This document shows positions 1 through 14,402 of a stretch of DNA of 64,000 nt, one piece after another. Both the position numbers and the translations under genes were made by a program. The notes under the pieces were generated by a model, which saw nothing but the letters and a program-made list of their open reading frames with translations, did not search any database and was not told where the DNA came from. Source of the DNA: Octopus bimaculoides (taxonomy: Eukaryota); the NCBI RefSeq assembly GCF_001194135.2, contig NC_068989.1, forward strand, positions 12,316,544-12,380,543. The letters are read 5' to 3'. How positions within the stretch are numbered: the stretch's first letter is position 1; every line of letters begins with the position of its first letter.

Positions 1-25
1 ATATATATGTATGTATATGTGTGTG

Positions 26-85
<60 letters not shown>

Positions 86-642
86 CATGTACATTTATAT
101 ATATTATTTATACATATAAGTGTGTATGNNNNNNNNNNNNNNNNNNNNNNNNNNNNNNNNNNNNNNNNNNNNNNNNNNNNNNNNNNNNNNNNNNNNNNNN
201 NNNNNNNNNNNNNNNNNNNNNNNNNNNNNNNNNNNNNNNNNNNNNNNNNNNNNNNNNNNNNNNNNNNNNNNNNNNNNNNNNNNNNNNNNNNNNNNNNNNN
301 NNNNNNNNNNNNNNNNNNNNNNNNNNNNNNNNNNNNNNNNNNNNNNNNNNNNNNNNNNNNNNNNNNNNNNNNNNNNNNNNNNNNNNNNNNNNNNNNNNNN
401 NNNNNNNNNNNNNNNNNNNNNNNNNNNNNNNNNNNNNNNNNNNNNNNNNNNNNNNNNNNNNNNNNNNNNNNNNNNNNNNNNNNNNNNNNNNNNNNNNNNN
501 NNNNNNNNNNNNNNNNNNNNNNNNNNNNNNNNNNNNNNNNNNNNNNNNNNNNNNNNNNNNNNNNNNNNNNNNNNNNNNNNNNNNNNNNNNNNNNNNNNNN
601 NNNNNNNNNNNNNNNNNNNNNNNNNNNNNNNNNNNNNNNNNN

Positions 643-696
<54 letters not shown>

Positions 697-997
697 GAAG
701 TGGGCGCTACCATCAGTACAATCAACAATAATATGCGATATGCCAGTAGCAGTTCCAACATCAACATCAACACAGATATTATATGCTCAACAAAATAAAC
801 ACTAGAGATACATCAATAAAAACGCCACCACCACGACCAAGCTGTCCACTACCGCCGCCATCATTATCGTCACCATAACCATCATTACCGCAATAATCTC
901 TAGCATGACAACTATCACAAGTATCCCTCTTTCCGTTCCCAAGCTGGAGCACACTCACTACGAACATTTCAGTTAATGACCTGCATTGCCACTACTA

Positions 998-1039
998 GAT
1001 ATTACTATCTGGATATTACTATCTGGATATTACTATCTG
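998..1039. repeat. 14-bp tandem repeat (GATATTACTATCTG)x3
   Basis: Three exact consecutive copies read directly. Confidence 0.9.
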
Positions 1040-1382
1040 GTCGTACGACCTGCTAAAAATACCAACCAAATTTTGCGCATGTGAAACACTAACCGCTTGA
1101 AAAAGAAGTCCATACAGCTCTAGAAATCCGCGTTTGCTTTTGAATAAAGGCCTGCTCATTCAGAATTTCACCAAGACCTAAATAAGAGCACCATCACTAT
1201 CTTGTATGACTACCACTACGTACTCTGTCATTATCATCTCTCTTACTACCACCACGACCACGTAATATGCCTCTGTGGATCCTTGTACTGCTGTCGCTGT
1301 GATAGTTGTATATCTTATGATAACTACGTGATAATTATTGATGCAGTTGTTTGTAGAAGTGAAAGAAAAATATTCCCAGATA

Positions 1383-1597
1383 TTCTTTTCTACCCTAGGA
1401 ACAAGGCCGGAATTTTTGGGGAGGGGGCTAGTCGATTAGATCGACTTCAGTACGCAACTGGTACTTAATTTATCGACCTCGAAAGGATGAAAGGCAAAAT
1501 AGACCTCGGCGTAATTTGAACTCAGAACATAAAGACAGACGAAATACCGCTAAGCATTTCACCCGGCATGCTAAACTTTCTGCCACCTAGCCACCTT
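1383..1597 (-). mobile_element. tRNA-derived SINE, family B (head GGCGGCGAGCTGGCAGAA; central GCCTTTCATCCTTTCGGGGTCGATAAATTAAGTACC Meta-like domain)
   Basis: Reverse complement aligns along its length with copies at 24978-25181 and 44624-44832. Confidence 0.85.
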
Positions 1598-1919
1598 AAA
1601 TATTGCCTGATATTGACTATGATATGAAAACTCGTAGAGATTAAATTGTTCATCTCATAATTTTTTTTTTGTATTTGGTTTGTGAGTCTCTTGATGTGTA
1701 CTCGTGTGTTGAGACATAGTTGTGGTACCTCGGAAATGTCATTGCGCCAATAATTTCATTAATGAAGTGAAGAAAATCATCGAAACAACTTTGACAAACC
1801 TCGCTGATCGAAAGACTGACTGAATAAATAAATTGTGAACCGTGTGCGTGTGTTTAATATTGACGTAATGTCCCTCCTTAGATAAAACAAAACTGTTGAT
1901 ATCGTTTTTGTTCTATCGA

Positions 1920-2215
1920 TCACACAGAGTGGAATATGTCTATGGCTTTGTCTTTAAGAATTCGTTTCATAACACTGTGCATACGAGATCGATCCCCACC
2001 ACACATGTGAAGAACACTGCTCATTTCTCCTAACTCAAGAACATCCTTTGATCTAGCTGCAAGCGAATATGTTAACAGGTACAGGAGGAGGTCGGATAGC
2101 GCGGTCTTCTCGTTTAGGGTAAAGTTATTCCTTGGCTTCTTGTTGTCAAGCACTGGGGTCAGGACTCCACTCAGAGTGAGATTTTTCTCATATCCTTTCA
2201 TCGACTTGGAAAGCC
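1920..2215 (-). CDS. Putative terminal coding exon of an unidentified gene (xGLSKSMKGYEKNLTLSGVL...CGGDRSRMHSVMKRILKDKAIDIFHSV*)
   Basis: Strong minus-strand 3' splice site (CCTAAC branch point, pyrimidine tract TTCTTGTTTTGTACTATATTTTGGCCCTCAG, AG at 2217-2216). It is followed by a stop-free frame of about 97 codons ending in TGA at 1922-1920. The sequence is non-repetitive and more GC-rich than its flanks. Protein family not recognised. Confidence 0.55.
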
Positions 2216-2649
2216 CTGAGGGCCAAAATATAGTACAAAACAAGAACGATGCGAAGTTAGGACACAGAGAAAGTTAACTGATTATCACGACGGATTTTCC
2301 GTGCACCATTCGTATCATAAAAAAAAAATGATGATGCGGACTCAGTAAAGTGGTCCTTGACAAAGTATGTTTGAACAGAATAGAAACGGCGATGTTCAAG
2401 GCTGGAAATGTTTGTAATGATAGGTTTAACCGATATGGGCTGGCTTAAGGCTAACCCAGAGAAATATAAAGCAACAACAACAACAGCAACAACAATGAGA
2501 AATGCCCATAATGTATTAAATTAATCAGATGCTTTTCCTGGAAAGATTCTAGATCTGTTGGAAAGTGTCTAAGACTACCGACAATTTGTCGCAACATATA
2601 TGAAAGCAAAATTCACTAACAAGTAAATGTACACATATACACACAGATA

Positions 2650-2700
<51 letters not shown>

Positions 2701-3397
2701 CATATATATACATATATATGTTTACGTATTCTTTCATGTACCTATGTAAATGGTTCAAAAGTAAGGAAACATTATGTGCCACCTTTTTTGTAAGAATGAC
2801 ACAAATTATAACCATCATCCAGCATCACAGAAAAAAATTCTTTGTAACTCTATGATTAAAATAATGAAAAGAAAATCAACAAAATAATCATATCTAAGCA
2901 ACGATTATTAAATGTTGACTATGAATAAAACATACACAAATAAAACCCAACCACATATATATTTATGCATAATTATCGATTTTATTTACTTCGATATTAT
3001 AAGTGCGTGCGCACAGACAAGCACTTACACAAACGTACACACTCAAACACGTATACATTCACACACAGTTATACATATACATATCCACATACACATATAT
3101 GCTATATGTTCACACACATATATCAAGACAAACTGACAAGGAATAATAAACAAAACATAACAAAGTATAGGGTAATATTAATAGACATATAAAGATATAA
3201 GTTTATGTTTTAAGGAAGAAAGGGAACTTTATACACGCGTGCAGACACATATATATATATACACATATAGACGTATACATACGTATGTATGCATATATAC
3301 ACATTCATCAATATGTATACATTATGTATATATATATATATATATATATATCCATACATACATACCGACAAACATACATATACATATATATATGTAA

Positions 3398-3433
<36 letters not shown>

Positions 3434-4268
3434 NNNNNNNNNNNNNNNNNNNNNNNNNNNNNNNNNNNNNNNNNNNNNNNNNNNNNNNNNNNNNNNNNNN
3501 NNNNNNNNNNNNNNNNNNNNNNNNNNNNNNNNNNNNNNNNNNNNNNNNNNNNNNNNNNNNNNNNNNNNNNNNNNNNNNNNNNNNNNNNNNNNNNNNNNNN
3601 NNNNNNNNNNNNNNNNNNNNNNNNNNNNNNNNNNNNNNNNNNNNNNNNNNNNNNNNNNNNNNNNNNNNNNNNNNNNNNNNNNNNNNNNNNNNNNNNNNNN
3701 NNNNNNNNNNNNNNNNNNNNNNNNNNNNNNNNNNNNNNNNNNNNNNNNNNNNNNNNNNNNNNNNNNNNNNNNNNNNNNNNNNNNNNNNNNNNNNNNNNNN
3801 NNNNNNNNNNNNNNNNNNNNNNNNNNNNNNNNNNNNNNNNNNNNNNNNNNNNNNNNNNNNNNNNNNNNNNNNNNNNNNNNNNNNNNNNNNNNNNNNNNNN
3901 NNNNNNNNNNNNNNNNNNNNNNNNNNNNNNNNNNNNNNNNNNNNNNNNNNNNNNNNNNNNNNNNNNNNNNNNNNNNNNNNNNNNNNNNNNNNNNNNNNNN
4001 NNNNNNNNNNNNNNNNNNNNNNNNNNNNNNNNNNNNNNNNNNNNNNNNNNNNNNNNNNNNNNNNNNNNNNNNNNNNNNNNNNNNNNNNNNNNNNNNNNNN
4101 NNNNNNNNNNNNNNNNNNNNNNNNNNNNNNNNNNNNNNNNNNNNNTATATATATACTGAGAGGGTAAGACAGTTACAAATAGAAAGAGAGAAAGATAAAA
4201 AAAGAGAGATGGGAAAAAAACAAGAAATAAATTAATTGGACTATATTCATAAATATCACTTAGTCTAT

Positions 4269-4317
<49 letters not shown>

Positions 4318-4983
4318 TGCACACACGGGCGTACACATGGTCATATGTGTGTGTATGTGTTTGTATTTTGTGGTGTGTTTGAGTGTATTACACAATACAT
4401 AATGACATTTATATTTCATTTACTGTATGGTCATATCTATATATAGAGTTTTATTAAAGATAAATCGTTGCAACATTTATACGCATATATTTCTATAGCC
4501 ATGGTGGATTAAGAAGGCTATGAATGTTTTTTAGGAATTTTCTTTACAACAACAAAATATACACCAGCAGAAATACCGCATTCCGCGAGGTTTTCTACTA
4601 CTCGTTAGATAATATTTAAATTCTATTTCAAATGAGCATATCTTTTCTGATATATTACACATAATCTTGATATGCATCTTTATCGTCTGATAGCGCACAC
4701 TCGCTCAAAATAGAACTTTAAAATATGGCAAGCACACTGAAACAGCATTAAAATTTATGAAGAAATCAGGTATTATGCTCACTTATTTTATCCACATTAA
4801 ATCATCAATTTATCGTATACATGCATATCACATGTTTTCATTGCTCCAAATGACAGTGATATGGAATGCACATCTAGTATGTACCGGAAAAATATTATAT
4901 TAAAATACGTATTATTGTTTCGAATACATGTTATCTGCATTACGTTACCGTCAAAATACATATCTGCTTATTTTAGTATTGTT

Positions 4984-5185
4984 TCTTTTATTTCTTTCAG
5001 TCATTTGACTACGACCATGCTGGAGCTACCGGTAGTCCAACAAATCGCCCCCAGGACATATTCTCTGGAACTTATTGTATCGGTCTCTCTATTTGTCGAA
5101 CCGCTAAGTTACGGGACGTAAACACCAAAATAGATTGTCAAGCGATAGTGGTGGACAAACACAGACACACAAACATATACATATA

Positions 5186-5227
<42 letters not shown>

Positions 5228-5459
5228 TATATATATATATATATACATACATATATACATATATATATACATATATGTATATATATATATATATACGACG
5301 GGCTTCTTTCAGTTTCCGTGTACCTAATCCACTCACAAGGCTTCGGTCGGTCCGATGCTATAGTAGAAGACATTTGCCTAATGTTCCATGCAGTGGGGCT
5401 AAACCCGGAACCATGTGGTTGGGAAGCATGCTTCTTACCGCACAGACACGCCTGCACCT
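4984..5459 (-). mobile_element. tRNA-derived SINE, family A, with internal (CA)/(TA) microsatellite
   Basis: Matches the other copies: head GGCGCAGGAGTGGCTGTGTGGTAAG, body ending GAAAGAAGCCCGTCG, microsatellite, tail GGCGGTGCTCCAGCATGGCCGCAGTC. Confidence 0.9.
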
Positions 5460-5582
5460 ATATTATATATGTAAACACTGCAAATAAATATCAGACTAAG
5501 GATTAGTTTGTGTAAATTATTCGTCCGTTGTGTGTGTGTATATACATACACACCCACACCCACACCCACACACATACACACA

Positions 5583-5625
<43 letters not shown>

Positions 5626-7890
5626 TTTCTCTTAGTTAACAATTAACTCTGACGAAATAAATTGGTTAATAGTTACCAGGGTAGCAAAGTTCACAAGATA
5701 ACTTTGGTGTAACTTCTGTTTACTAGGTAGAAACTCCCTGTTAATTTGAGGTATTTTGAATAAATATAAGATTAAGTAAATGAAGTTATACGCATATGTT
5801 AAATGATTTCTTTTATTTCCGACATATGTTTCGAAGATTACAATTGGTTCATTCTAAAGGAATGAGTGATGTTGAGAAAGATGTAATCTTCTCTTCAGGG
5901 AAATACATAAAAATCACTTCAACCGTAAGAAATTATTACCGAATGTGACAACTGCGAGTAGAGAAGAATGCTACATAGCTTATTTGAAAAAAACCATTGG
6001 AAAATGCAATGCTACGAGACAGTACGTTAGACGAGGAAGGAAGAAAAGGAGGAAAAAAGATTCTATTCACTTTCCACTCCAGATTCTAATTTTCTCTTTT
6101 TTCCTCCTTTTCTTTCTTTATCGATACATCCCACACATGCAAAAGACAGAATGGCCACTACTGGAACGCCTCTGATTATAGCTTGATGCTATTCAACGTC
6201 TAACAACAGCAACAACCGTGTTGAAGAACCGTTTTTGGCCCCTTCATAAAATAGTTGTTAACTGAATGTACAGAGAATGAGACATATCTATTAGTCAAGG
6301 TTGCGCATTTTCATCATATTTTATTTTAACTTCTTAATTAATAGTTACTGCTCTGACTCATTAGTATGCCAATATAGTTAATATAAGCTTCAAAGTTATT
6401 ACTTTCGTTAGTCAATTTGCATCGAGTTAGGTGAACATCGGTTTGACTACACATTAGCTAATTCTATTGAGTGATCAATTATAACAAGTTTAGTTTCGTT
6501 TAATTAAGGTTCTGTGCAAAACTACTGGACAATCTGTAAGCCAGTTACTGTAATTACAGCAAACTAATATAAACAATGTCACATCAGAAGACCCACCGCT
6601 TATATTCATTAATTTTTCAGTAGGCACGACTGTATATTAGCATATCTGCATAAATGTACTTGTCCGTAACTTCTGATTATAAATCCGTCCGTTTTCCACA
6701 TCTCTCTGTTTATCTTGTTGCATTTCTCTATCGCTTTCCCTCTTTCTATGTATATATATCTTTCTATGTATATATATCCATGCAGTATACATGCGTATAC
6801 ATACGTATACATACATACATACATACATACATAGATACATACATACGTACANNNNNNNNNNNNNNNNNNNNNNNNNNNNNNNNNNNNNNNNNNNNNNNNN
6901 NNNNNNNNNNNNNNNNNNNNNNNNNNNNNNNNNNNNNNNNNNNNNNNNNNNNNNNNNNNNNNNNNNNNNNNNNNNNNNNNNNNNNNNNNNNNNNNNNNNN
7001 NNNNNNNNNNNNNNNNNNNNNNNNNNNNNNNNNNNNNNNNNNNNNNNNNNNNNNNNNNNNNNNNNNNNNNNNNNNNNNNNNNNNNNNNNNNNNNNNNNNN
7101 NNNNNNNNNNNNNNNNNNNNNNNNNNNNNNNNNNNNNNNNNNNNNNNNNNNNNNNNNNNNNNNNNNNNNNNNNNNNNNNNNNNNNNNNNNNNNNNNNNNN
7201 NNNNNNNNNNNNNNNNNNNNNNNNNNNNNNNNNNNNNNNNNNNNNNNNNNNNNNNNNNNNNNNNNNNNNNNNNNNNNNNNNNNNNNNNNNNNNNNNNNNN
7301 NNNNNNNNNNNNNNNNNNNNNNNNNNNNNNNNNNNNNNNNNNNNNNNNNNTATATATGTATATGCACGCACGACTAAGGTTATTGAAATACCAGTTGAAG
7401 AATCCTATTCGCTCAAACGTAATGTAAATTTTACAAAATTATTTGCAAATTAATTAAAATGAATTTCTATATATTGATTTTCTGAAGAACTTCGACTATA
7501 AGAAATAAAAAAAAGTATAACAGTTTAATGAACAATCAGCTCCATCTCATGATATATTCTCTTGCATAATATTCTAATTAAACGAAATCGACTTAAATCT
7601 TATATTTATATTTTTCAGCAAGCAGTAACGACTATTATGGACAAACACTAACTATTGTTCAGGTTTCCTTGCTGAAAGATTTAAATTCGTTATTCCTAAT
7701 TCGTACACTCGGAATTTAGTCGTATGTGCTATTGAATCGACTGTAAGAATAACTAATTCGTATTAATATATAGATACATATAAACGTACATATACACGAA
7801 TATATATATGTTCGTATATGTGTACATTATATATATATAAGAGGGTTGACCACCCACTAAGTGGACATCCGTTTTGCTAGAAGAAGACCA

Positions 7891-7982
7891 CCTATGGTCT
7901 GACCACTAAGAAAAGATTGTTCTCAAAAACATTCAGCTGAATTTTCTTGAGAACAATCTTTTCTTAGTGGTCAGACCTTAGG
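7891..7982. repeat. Near-perfect ~90-bp palindrome abutting an assembly gap
   Basis: GGTCTGACCACTAAGAAAAGATTGTTCTCAA (7896-7926) is exactly inverted at 7947-7977. The centre is ATTCAGCTGAAT. Confidence 0.9.
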
Positions 7983-7992
7983 NNNNNNNNNN

Positions 7993-8030
<38 letters not shown>

Positions 8031-9598
8031 AATGTATATATGTATGTACATATGTATGTATTGTACGAAAGATGCCGTATCAATTTATTTTTCTTGGTTT
8101 GTGGAATACCCTTCATACTAGGGCTTGAGAGATGCCTTTTTTCCTGGGCCTAAATGAATTATTTGCAAACTTGGAGTAGCAAGTTTGATTTCAGAACATG
8201 AAAACATCTTACGATGCGTTCTATTGACTCTGTCGATCCATGACGCCATAATAATTTCATTGTGTTATTACATAGAAGCAAAGGTCTGATCTTTCGGAGA
8301 AGCAAACCGTCAACTCTGATATGCAGTTGATATTATAATATATTAACTTCGGAAAGATAAAAGACAATTTAAGCTTCAGCTGGTTTTGAACGCAGAATGT
8401 AAAAAAAAAAAAGAAAAAAAATTTTAAAGAACAGAATAATTATGTTTATACGTATCCTGTCGTGATCTTAGACAGACACTTGACTGAAGGTATCCCTTCG
8501 CTACTTTTCACAACCCTATCTCGAGTTCCTGGCCTGGAGTGGTACTTCCTCTGGACCAAAAGCTGTTACTTAGCTGTTGTATTTTTTGCTGTCCGACTCC
8601 ATGCCTTCGCTGGCTGTGAATGGAAAATGGGACGATTTCATCTCATGGCCCTCCCCTGGGAATGTGAATGGGGTAATTTCCTGTACCGATTTAGATGTGC
8701 ATGGTGTCATCTTCGGATTGAAAGCCATCATAATATTCGGTTCTGACTTCAATATTTTGAATTTTATGTGCAGAAATCTTTTAAATTAGATTTGCTTCCA
8801 CATATGTGAGAGCTGTGCCGTATAATCTGGGTGATGAACATTCGGATGTTCCTCTCATCAGCCTCTACAGTTCTAGTATTGCTTTATGCTCTCGCATAGT
8901 CATTTCAATCATGACCCCAGTCGACCACGTATCGTCAAAAGTTATTTTCTGCACCTAACATTGCATCACGAAACTAAATACAGGCTACACCTCCGCATGG
9001 TCATCTATGTGCCTGAATGTGAAATTTGTTATCCTAAATTATGTGGAACTATCTTAGGACCAGCTGTAGAGTATATTATTTGGCGTATACTTTTTCACCC
9101 CGTCATATCTAATTTTGTAGCATATAATTTGTAAGAGATTTCAATATTCAATTTAAGAAGTCACACGAATACGACAGGACATCCGTCTTGTCATTTATTC
9201 CACGTGGTTTCTCGTCCTATCATAAAGGGGTGGCAATATGTTAAAATTCCGAGGCTATTATTGGTTTCAATTGAGTGCAAGATTTGAAACTGAACTGAAG
9301 AGAATTCACTTGGAATAAATGTGTATTATGAAACATCATAATCCAGATGATTAACATAATAGAAAGGAAGTTAAGCAACTTAATGCAGAAATAAGGAATT
9401 GTACTTCATATGTTTATTAAGCATAACTAATGACTTTAATGATTAGATAACCGATATCATTCTATACGCTAGTTTGAGTCAGTAAATACGTTGAAGATTA
9501 TTTCAAGGATATGTTGGATCTTGGATTGATAAAATCAATAACTCGTTGACATAGTGCAACTAAATGTCAAATGAAAACAATATTTCTGCAACAATCAG

Positions 9599-9640
<42 letters not shown>

Positions 9641-10362
9641 NNNNNNNNNNNNNNNNNNNNNNNNNNNNNNNNNNNNNNNNNNNNNNNNNNNNNNNNNNNN
9701 NNNNNNNNNNNNNNNNNNNNNNNNNNNNNNNNNNNNNNNNNNNNNNNNNNNNNNNNNNNNNNNNNNNNNNNNNNNNNNNNNNNNNNNNNNNNNNNNNNNN
9801 NNNNNNNNNNNNNNNNNNNNNNNNNNNNNNNNNNNNNNNNNNNNNNNNNNNNNNNNNNNNNNNNNNNNNNNNNNNNNNNNNNNNNNNNNNNNNNNNNNNN
9901 NNNNNNNNNNNNNNNNNNNNNNNNNNNNNNNNNNNNNNNNNNNNNNNNNNNNNNNNNNNNNNNNNNNNNNNNNNNNNNNNNNNNNNNNNNNNNNNNNNNN
10001 NNNNNNNNNNNNNNNNNNNNNNNNNNNNNNNNNNNNNNNNNNNNNNNNNNNNNNNNNNNNNNNNNNNNNNNNNNNNNNNNNNNNNNNNNNNNNNNNNNNN
10101 NNNNNNNNNNNNNNNNNNNNNNNNNNNNNNNNNNNNNNNNNNNNNNNNNNNNNNNNNNNNNNNNNNNNNNNNNNNNNNNNNNNNNNNNNNNNNNNNNNNN
10201 NNNNNNNNNNNNNNNNNNNNNNNNNNNNNNNNNNNNNNNNNNNNNNNNNNNNNNNNNNNNNNNNNNNNNNNNNNNNNNNNNNNNNNNNNNNNNNNNNNNN
10301 NNNNNNNNNNNNNNNNNNNNNNNNNNNNNNNNNNNNNNNNNNNTATATATATATATATATAT

Positions 10363-10480
10363 ATTGGGACATCCCATAAATAACGCGGTCTTTTCAATTG
10401 CATGAGCTAAAAGTCGGAGGGGGACGGAATACACTACTTGCATCAACTTGCTATAAAAGCATGTAGCAGTTTTACCTCAA
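10363..10480 (+). mobile_element. Probable Tc1/mariner terminal fragment
   Basis: Begins directly after a TA run with TTGGGACATCCCATAAATAACGCGG, resembling a mariner-type TIR. No matching opposite TIR found. Confidence 0.4.
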
Positions 10481-10723
10481 ATAAGGCCTAGTGCTCCCAT
10501 CTCTAGCCAACGGTTACCCTGTGCCAATGGAGAGAAATTACCCAAAAACCATGGTCTGCAGGTACCATTTAAGGCTGAGTGGGGACATTAGCTTCCTTGT
10601 TTGAGATATAAATATGCAGTTGTAGGTCGGTAGTCAGCTGGAAAAGATGTTTTCCTAGGGCTAGAAAAGGGAGTGACATCTTCCTAACCAAGATCATTAA
10701 TCTACGTTGGGAAATAGATTTTA

Positions 10724-10793
<70 letters not shown>

Positions 10794-11776
10794 ATATATA
10801 TATTAATATATGTAATTATACGCCACACACATACATTCATGTAAATGTCAATACAATATTTGTGATGTGAAGGAATATTCACATACTGTAAACTATCTCG
10901 ATAATCTAGGACGATCACGATAAAATATGATTAAATTAATCCTTCTAGTATTGGCCTCAATTCATATCATCTATTTATGAAAAAACATTGCATTCAAGAG
11001 AACAAGAAAACAATGAACCTGACCTTAATCTCTTCGCTGTGATCTTGAAGTTGTTACGTTATTGTAAGCCTCACGATTTTCATATAGTTATCGTTGGTGT
11101 GTTTATGTCGAATAAAGCATTAAGTCTTAAAACAAATATTTCTGTAAACCAGGTCTCTGTTGATTGCAATCGGTATTCTTCACATCATGATTTCTCCTTA
11201 ATTAAGAAAAGGGATTGTATTTTCAAAATGAATTTCTTTAATTAATCTCATTTCGAATCATTTTCTTTTGTACCTTATGAAGAATTGCTTTTCCCGTCCT
11301 CTTCAGATTTTTTTTATAACTTCTTTCACATTTTTCTTTCAATTATCCCGGATACAGTTTTCAAAAGAATCAAAATAGCATTGCAAGAAATTTCTTCTGT
11401 TTGGATCAAGAGAAATATTACAAGATCTTTCTTGGAACCATATTAGAACTCCTATCCAATATAGAGGATTAACACTTTCTTTCGAAATGTGATAATTCCA
11501 GCAGAGATCCTTGAAAAGGAGGAGCAAGTGAGGAAAAAAAAAAAAAAACTTCCTCCATTCGCTACTTTTTCTCCTTTAATAAAATCCATTCTATGGTTTA
11601 ATTAATTCTCGGTTGCAAATGTATTAATAAAAATGCAAGATAGAAAGTAAATTAAAGAAAAGTTTGATGGAAAATCCTTTGTAATTGTTTTTCTCCGTGT
11701 GATTTCACTTTGATGTATTCTGCAAACGAAATAAAACTTAACCATGAAATGCAATAACAACAAGCTTAATACATAC

Positions 11777-11980
11777 TCTTCTTCTTCTTCTTCTTCTTCT
11801 TCTTCTTCTTCTTCTTCTTCTTCTTCTTCTTCTTCTTCTTCTTCTTCTTCTTCTTCTTCTTCTTCTTCTTCTTCTTCTTCTTCTTCTTCTTCTTCTTCTT
11901 CTTCTTCTTCTTCTTCTTCTTCTTCTTCTTCTTCTTCTTCTTCTTCTTCTTCTTCTTCTTCTTCTTCTTCTTCTTCTTCT
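11777..11980. repeat. Pure (TCT)n microsatellite, ~200 bp
   Basis: Direct reading. Explains the poly-S and poly-R ORFs. Confidence 0.97.
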
Positions 11981-13426
11981 TTTTATTATTGCCAGCAATA
12001 AAATGGAATGAAACATGATTACGAAATGTTTTCTATCAATATGATTTTGAAAGAAATTTATATTTTTCATTTTCTCTTCCCGAAATACTTTTGTAGCACC
12101 TTTAATGACCAAAGGGTTAACACTAACACAAGTTATTAAAACTGGCAGCCATGTTATGAAAAATACAAAACGAAAATTGAAAAGAAGCAAAATGAATAAA
12201 TATATAAAAGGAAAAATAAAGTACAGACGTTAACTTTGGAGGAAACAGAATGGTTGCTACAATAGGAATAAGGATTTTTATTAGTCTGTTTCTTCTTTAG
12301 TTTTCTATTTTGTTCATAATTTATCAATTTTTGCAAATTCATAGTTTGGCGGAAAATGTTCCGCCTGTAAGGTTTATTCGTGTAGAAAACAAAGATTGAA
12401 ATCACGTTAATACAAAAACGAATAAAGCATGAAATACTTTTAAAGCAAGCATAGTGAGAAAATATGAATATTGTGAGAGAAAATGCGAAGAAATGAATAG
12501 AAAATTGATGACTTCAAAACCAGAAATTTGAATGTATCGTGTCAGTCATCGCGAACTAATGTCTCTCATTTTCGTTAATTTTTACACCGAACAAACCAAG
12601 AGTATTGCCCTTGTTTCTGATAAAATTAACTGTGTAATAAAACGTCCATGGGATTATGAGGTGATTAATTTGCTGTAGAGTTTAAGGCTCTCTGTCAGTG
12701 AAAAATTTCTAACTAGAATTACTTTTTAAAACTCGTTATCAATCCCTAATATCATTCCATTTTCACAAATATTAAAAAAAAAAAATAGTTAAAAACGAAA
12801 CGGCCGAGCGTGTTAGGATATGTTGTCTATGGATAGGATGGTGAGTTTCTAAAGTAATTCATCTCATCGTAGAATTCCATTTATTTAGTTTTAGATCGAA
12901 CATATCTCCTTGTGATTAAACATAATAGATTATTTTAATTTGTTTGATTCTAGAAGTGAAAAATAGTGTATGAACGGGCGCGGGTGTGTGAATGTGTGTG
13001 TATACACCTTTGTACTTGCTTTTGTTTCTCTGAGTATCTGCTTGCATCTTATTTCCAGCGATTCTCTACACTCTCGCTACACCTGCTGGAAATAGCAGCC
13101 ACGATTCACTGAAATTGTATCCTTCAGTAGTAATGGTGGCATGATATATAAAATAGCAGGCTGATCATGGCTGGAACGATTGTGATCATAGATTTTCTTG
13201 AGCTGACCTGTCGAGCAAAGTAATGCAGAATTCGCAGATTCTACTTCTTAAAATAGATATTTTCATTACATAGATACATATTTAAAACGATAAGTAGAGT
13301 CGGCAAAAGAAGGTTCAGAACCCCTCAATGATGCGGATCGCGAAGATGATAAATAATCGCAGATGATGTCCACCCAGATCATATATAGTTGAATGTTTTG
13401 AGATTAAAATTATATATATACATATA

Positions 13427-13593
13427 TACGACGGGTTTCTTTCAGTTTCCGTTTACCATATCCACTCACAAGTCTTTGGTTGGCCCGAAGCTATAGTAGA
13501 AGACACTTGCCCAAGGTGCTACGTAGTGGGGACTGAACCCAGAACCATGTGGTTGGTAAGCAAGCTACTTACCACACAGCCTCTCCTGCGCCT
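13427..13593 (-). mobile_element. SINE family A, 5' half only
   Basis: Head and body match family A. The sequence stops at the internal TA tract and has no 3' tail. Confidence 0.85.
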
Positions 13594-13608
13594 GCGTATA
13601 TGTATATG

Positions 13609-13667
<59 letters not shown>

Positions 13668-14209
13668 ATACGATATATGTGTATGTCGTTTGTCTGCATA
13701 TATGCTTGTACATATATGGAATCTTGAAAACATTCCTTTCTGTATCTATTTTGCATAGAATAATGCATGCGTTTCATGAAGGTAGTTCAGTTTTGATTAT
13801 ATTAAGATGCGCCGTTGACGTAGCTGTAATGTGCATACAAATCTTACATTCATACATGCATACCAACATTGCATACTTCTACTCACATTCATATACATAA
13901 GCAGACTTGTATATGTGTAAATATGTACTTAGAAATTGCTACAGTGATTAGAGAAATTATTTGCTCATGATTAACACCGTTGACGTCTACCAAAATTTAT
14001 TGAAGAAAGATTAATGTATACAAAAATAACGTTTACATTAACATAGCATTGATTACGTCTGTTTACATACCGTACTAACCTTACTAACCTCCATCATATG
14101 TAATTAGTTATGAAGCGCCATTGCTTTGAACCAATATTTCCGTTGCTTTTATAATGTATAATATCGTAATCATATTTGCAGTTGGTAATATTTCTCTCGA
14201 GAACATTTC

Positions 14210-14336
<127 letters not shown>

Positions 14337-14366
14337 CACTAGCAGAGGAAGCGGTGGAAGATAGAT

Positions 14367-14402
<36 letters not shown>

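Noticed and set aside
7-798. Long ORFs spanning N-runs, here and at every gap in the window
   Set aside because: Artefacts: N codons cannot be stops and the flanks are (TA)/(GT) repeats.
998-1039. Short direct repeats considered as a CRISPR-like array (also 14875-14913)
   Set aside because: The repeats are contiguous without spacers, in a eukaryotic context with no cas genes.
8462-8789. Weak resemblance of a minus-strand frame (IGTGNYPIH...SNSFWS) to a Gypsy RT N-terminus
   Set aside because: Too few matching residues and no downstream RT motifs, so not supportable without a search.
11339-11500. Strong minus-strand polypyrimidine acceptor near 11513
   Set aside because: No credible donor. 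Two frames close quickly and the third gives an unrecognisable AT-rich peptide.
11990-12190. Signal-peptide-like ORF start (MLLFNFRFVFFITWLPVL...)
   Set aside because: It starts at TTG, the hydrophobicity comes from a T-rich tract, and it runs into the (AGA)n repeat.
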